From NCBI RefSeq assembly GCF_018350175.1, contig NC_058368.1, positions 30,444,001-30,508,000 on the forward strand: a DNA stretch of 64,000 bases, read 5' to 3'. The notes beneath the pieces are model-generated. The model was not told the origin of the DNA and searched no databases. It saw only the letters and a program-made list of their open reading frames with translations. Source of the stretch: Felis catus (lineage: Eukaryota). Within the stretch, counting starts at the first letter, position 1; the number at the start of each line of letters is the position of its first letter. This document shows positions 62,375-64,000 of this stretch, one piece after another. Position numbers and translations under genes: made by a program.

Positions 62375-64000
62375 TGTATGTGTTTTCCATGCTTAGAAGA
62401 TTCTTGGGTTTCTTAATCCCCAAACTGCTATGTGGGGAAAGAATATCTACCTGAGGAATCAGCATCTTGAAGATTCAGGGCTGATGCTCCCAACCTCCAA
62501 TGGAGGGTGTCTTGCCAAGGGGAGCTGGAAGTCTGTTTTCCCGGTCACAATTGCAGAACGCCTCACCCGTGAAGTATGGTCATTACGTTTCTGTTATGAA
62601 CGTCAAAGGCCTATAACTCAAGAAACCTCAGGCATGAGGGAGTTACTAAGATCTTTCATGTAAGCGACAGAAACATAATTATCGCTCTTCAAAGGGGAGA
62701 TTGAATTTATTTTTATTTCATTGCAAAAGTCGCGTGTAAAAAGAGTGAAATAATAGGAGATACAAATTAACCTCACTAACATGAATGGAAAAATCAGCAG
62801 GGATGAATTAAGTACTATTATAAATTGAACTAGAATCTTTTTTCAATGTTTGGTAAAGTTTTGTTTAACTTTTGTTTCATTTTTAAACAATCGACTCAAG
62901 CTTCTGCTACTGGAAAAGTTTAAATACAGGAAGATAGCTTTTAGAGCATTGTAGACATGTCAGAGCAAGGAAGTGTTAAAAATGACAGGAAAAATGATTT
63001 GCCTTCTTGTACACTTTAGTTTCAATTTCCAGAATTTCTATCACATATATCTTTTCAAAGTGTTTAATTTCCTTTTTTCCTTCTGAGTTGACATGTTGCT
63101 CTCTTCTTTTCTTTATAACCTGTTCAGATATACTCCCCCACCCCCGCATTGTTTCTGTTCTGTGCAATTAACACTTGAGCAAGGCCATGTATGGTACTCT
63201 GCGGTTTTTATACCCATGAATAGAATGAAAATCTGTGTCTGCTCTTTCCAGCTCTAAGAATTTATACTTGATTTTAGGGCTTGACCGTCATCTGTTAGAA
63301 ATTCTGTTTTCTAAAGGTAACACCAAACAAATTTCAAGTCTAGAATACAATCAGCTGTAACTGCTGTATAGATTCCAAGGCAAACCAAAGCAATTTATGG
63401 AATATTTTCTTTAGGGGAGTATCAAAAATATTTCATTAATGGGATGTTCATGATCTTTGAAAAAATCCTTTACTGTGATAATTATGTGAGATAATAAGAG
63501 ATTTATATTGCTCTTATCTGTAATAGTATCTATCTCCAATTATATCTTTATCTCTATCTCATCTCTATTTCTGTCTCTATTCTTGGAAAATGTGTTAGTA
63601 CTAGTGCCCTTGGATGTGAATTCAAACCAATTCGATGAGTACAATCATATTAACAAATCAAGGGTAGGAATTTGACTACCTCTGCAACCTATGTAGTACC
63701 GACATTTTCAAAGGGATGAAGTTCATGTCCAAACTAATGGAGCTGTAAAGAAAGAGGCACACATTTGTAGCCCCAGGATATGCTCTGTATTGTTGCCTAT
63801 TTAACTGAGTTAGGGTCATATGTTCAGTAACACTGGCTGCTTTTCTGTCATTAGTAAGTAGGATGCAAGACAATGCTAAAGTGAAGGGATTTTTGTGGTG
63901 CCACTGTTTTTTCAAAGAAAAAATAATTTTCAAACCCTACGTATTGAAAGCGCCTAAAGACCCTAAAGCCTTAGGTGGAAAATAAAGGTAGAAAATAAAG

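Noticed and set aside
1011..63933. Short ORFs of the six-frame track as host genes
   Set aside because: All are 151 aa or shorter, many start at GTG/TTG, and those with recognisable sequence are L1 ORF1/ORF2 pieces or SINE read-throughs. None resembles a cellular protein I know.
1..64000. Provirus internals, NUMT, processed pseudogene or horizontally acquired DNA
   Set aside because: No gag/pol/env, mitochondrial or mRNA-like segment recognised; only solo LTRs. A highly decayed copy could escape inspection by eye.

Overview
Mammalian nuclear DNA, AT-rich and repeat-dense, from a feliform carnivore, most likely a felid: the Can-SINEs have the feline SINEC_Fc-type body and the young L1s look feline. 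I recognise no protein-coding gene, RNA gene, CRISPR array or prokaryotic system. The ORF track is chance ORFs plus L1 and SINE fragments. The window reads as a large intron or intergenic region. It holds 17 Can-SINE copies (most with readable target-site duplications, TSDs), three young L1 insertions, one end-to-end L1 lacking about 3 kb of ORF2, several ancient L1M/L2/MIR relics, MaLR/ERVL solo LTRs and hAT/Tigger fossils. The most notable observations are: (i) a TSD-flanked, HAL1-like L1 with 5'UTR+ORF1 but almost no ORF2 (35.6-39.6 kb); (ii) a twin-primed 5'-inverted L1 lying tail-to-tail with a second young L1 (57.5-60.8 kb); (iii) several perfect palindromes and template-switch-like scars (11.5, 29.2, 62.2 kb); (iv) an orphan CpG-rich domain over ancient MIRs with a consensus CTCF motif (15.4-16.9 kb); and (v) a speculative chain of plus-strand exon candidates. 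I found no evidence of a new multi-gene system. Repeat subfamily names come from recalled consensus sequences and need RepeatMasker/Dfam confirmation.
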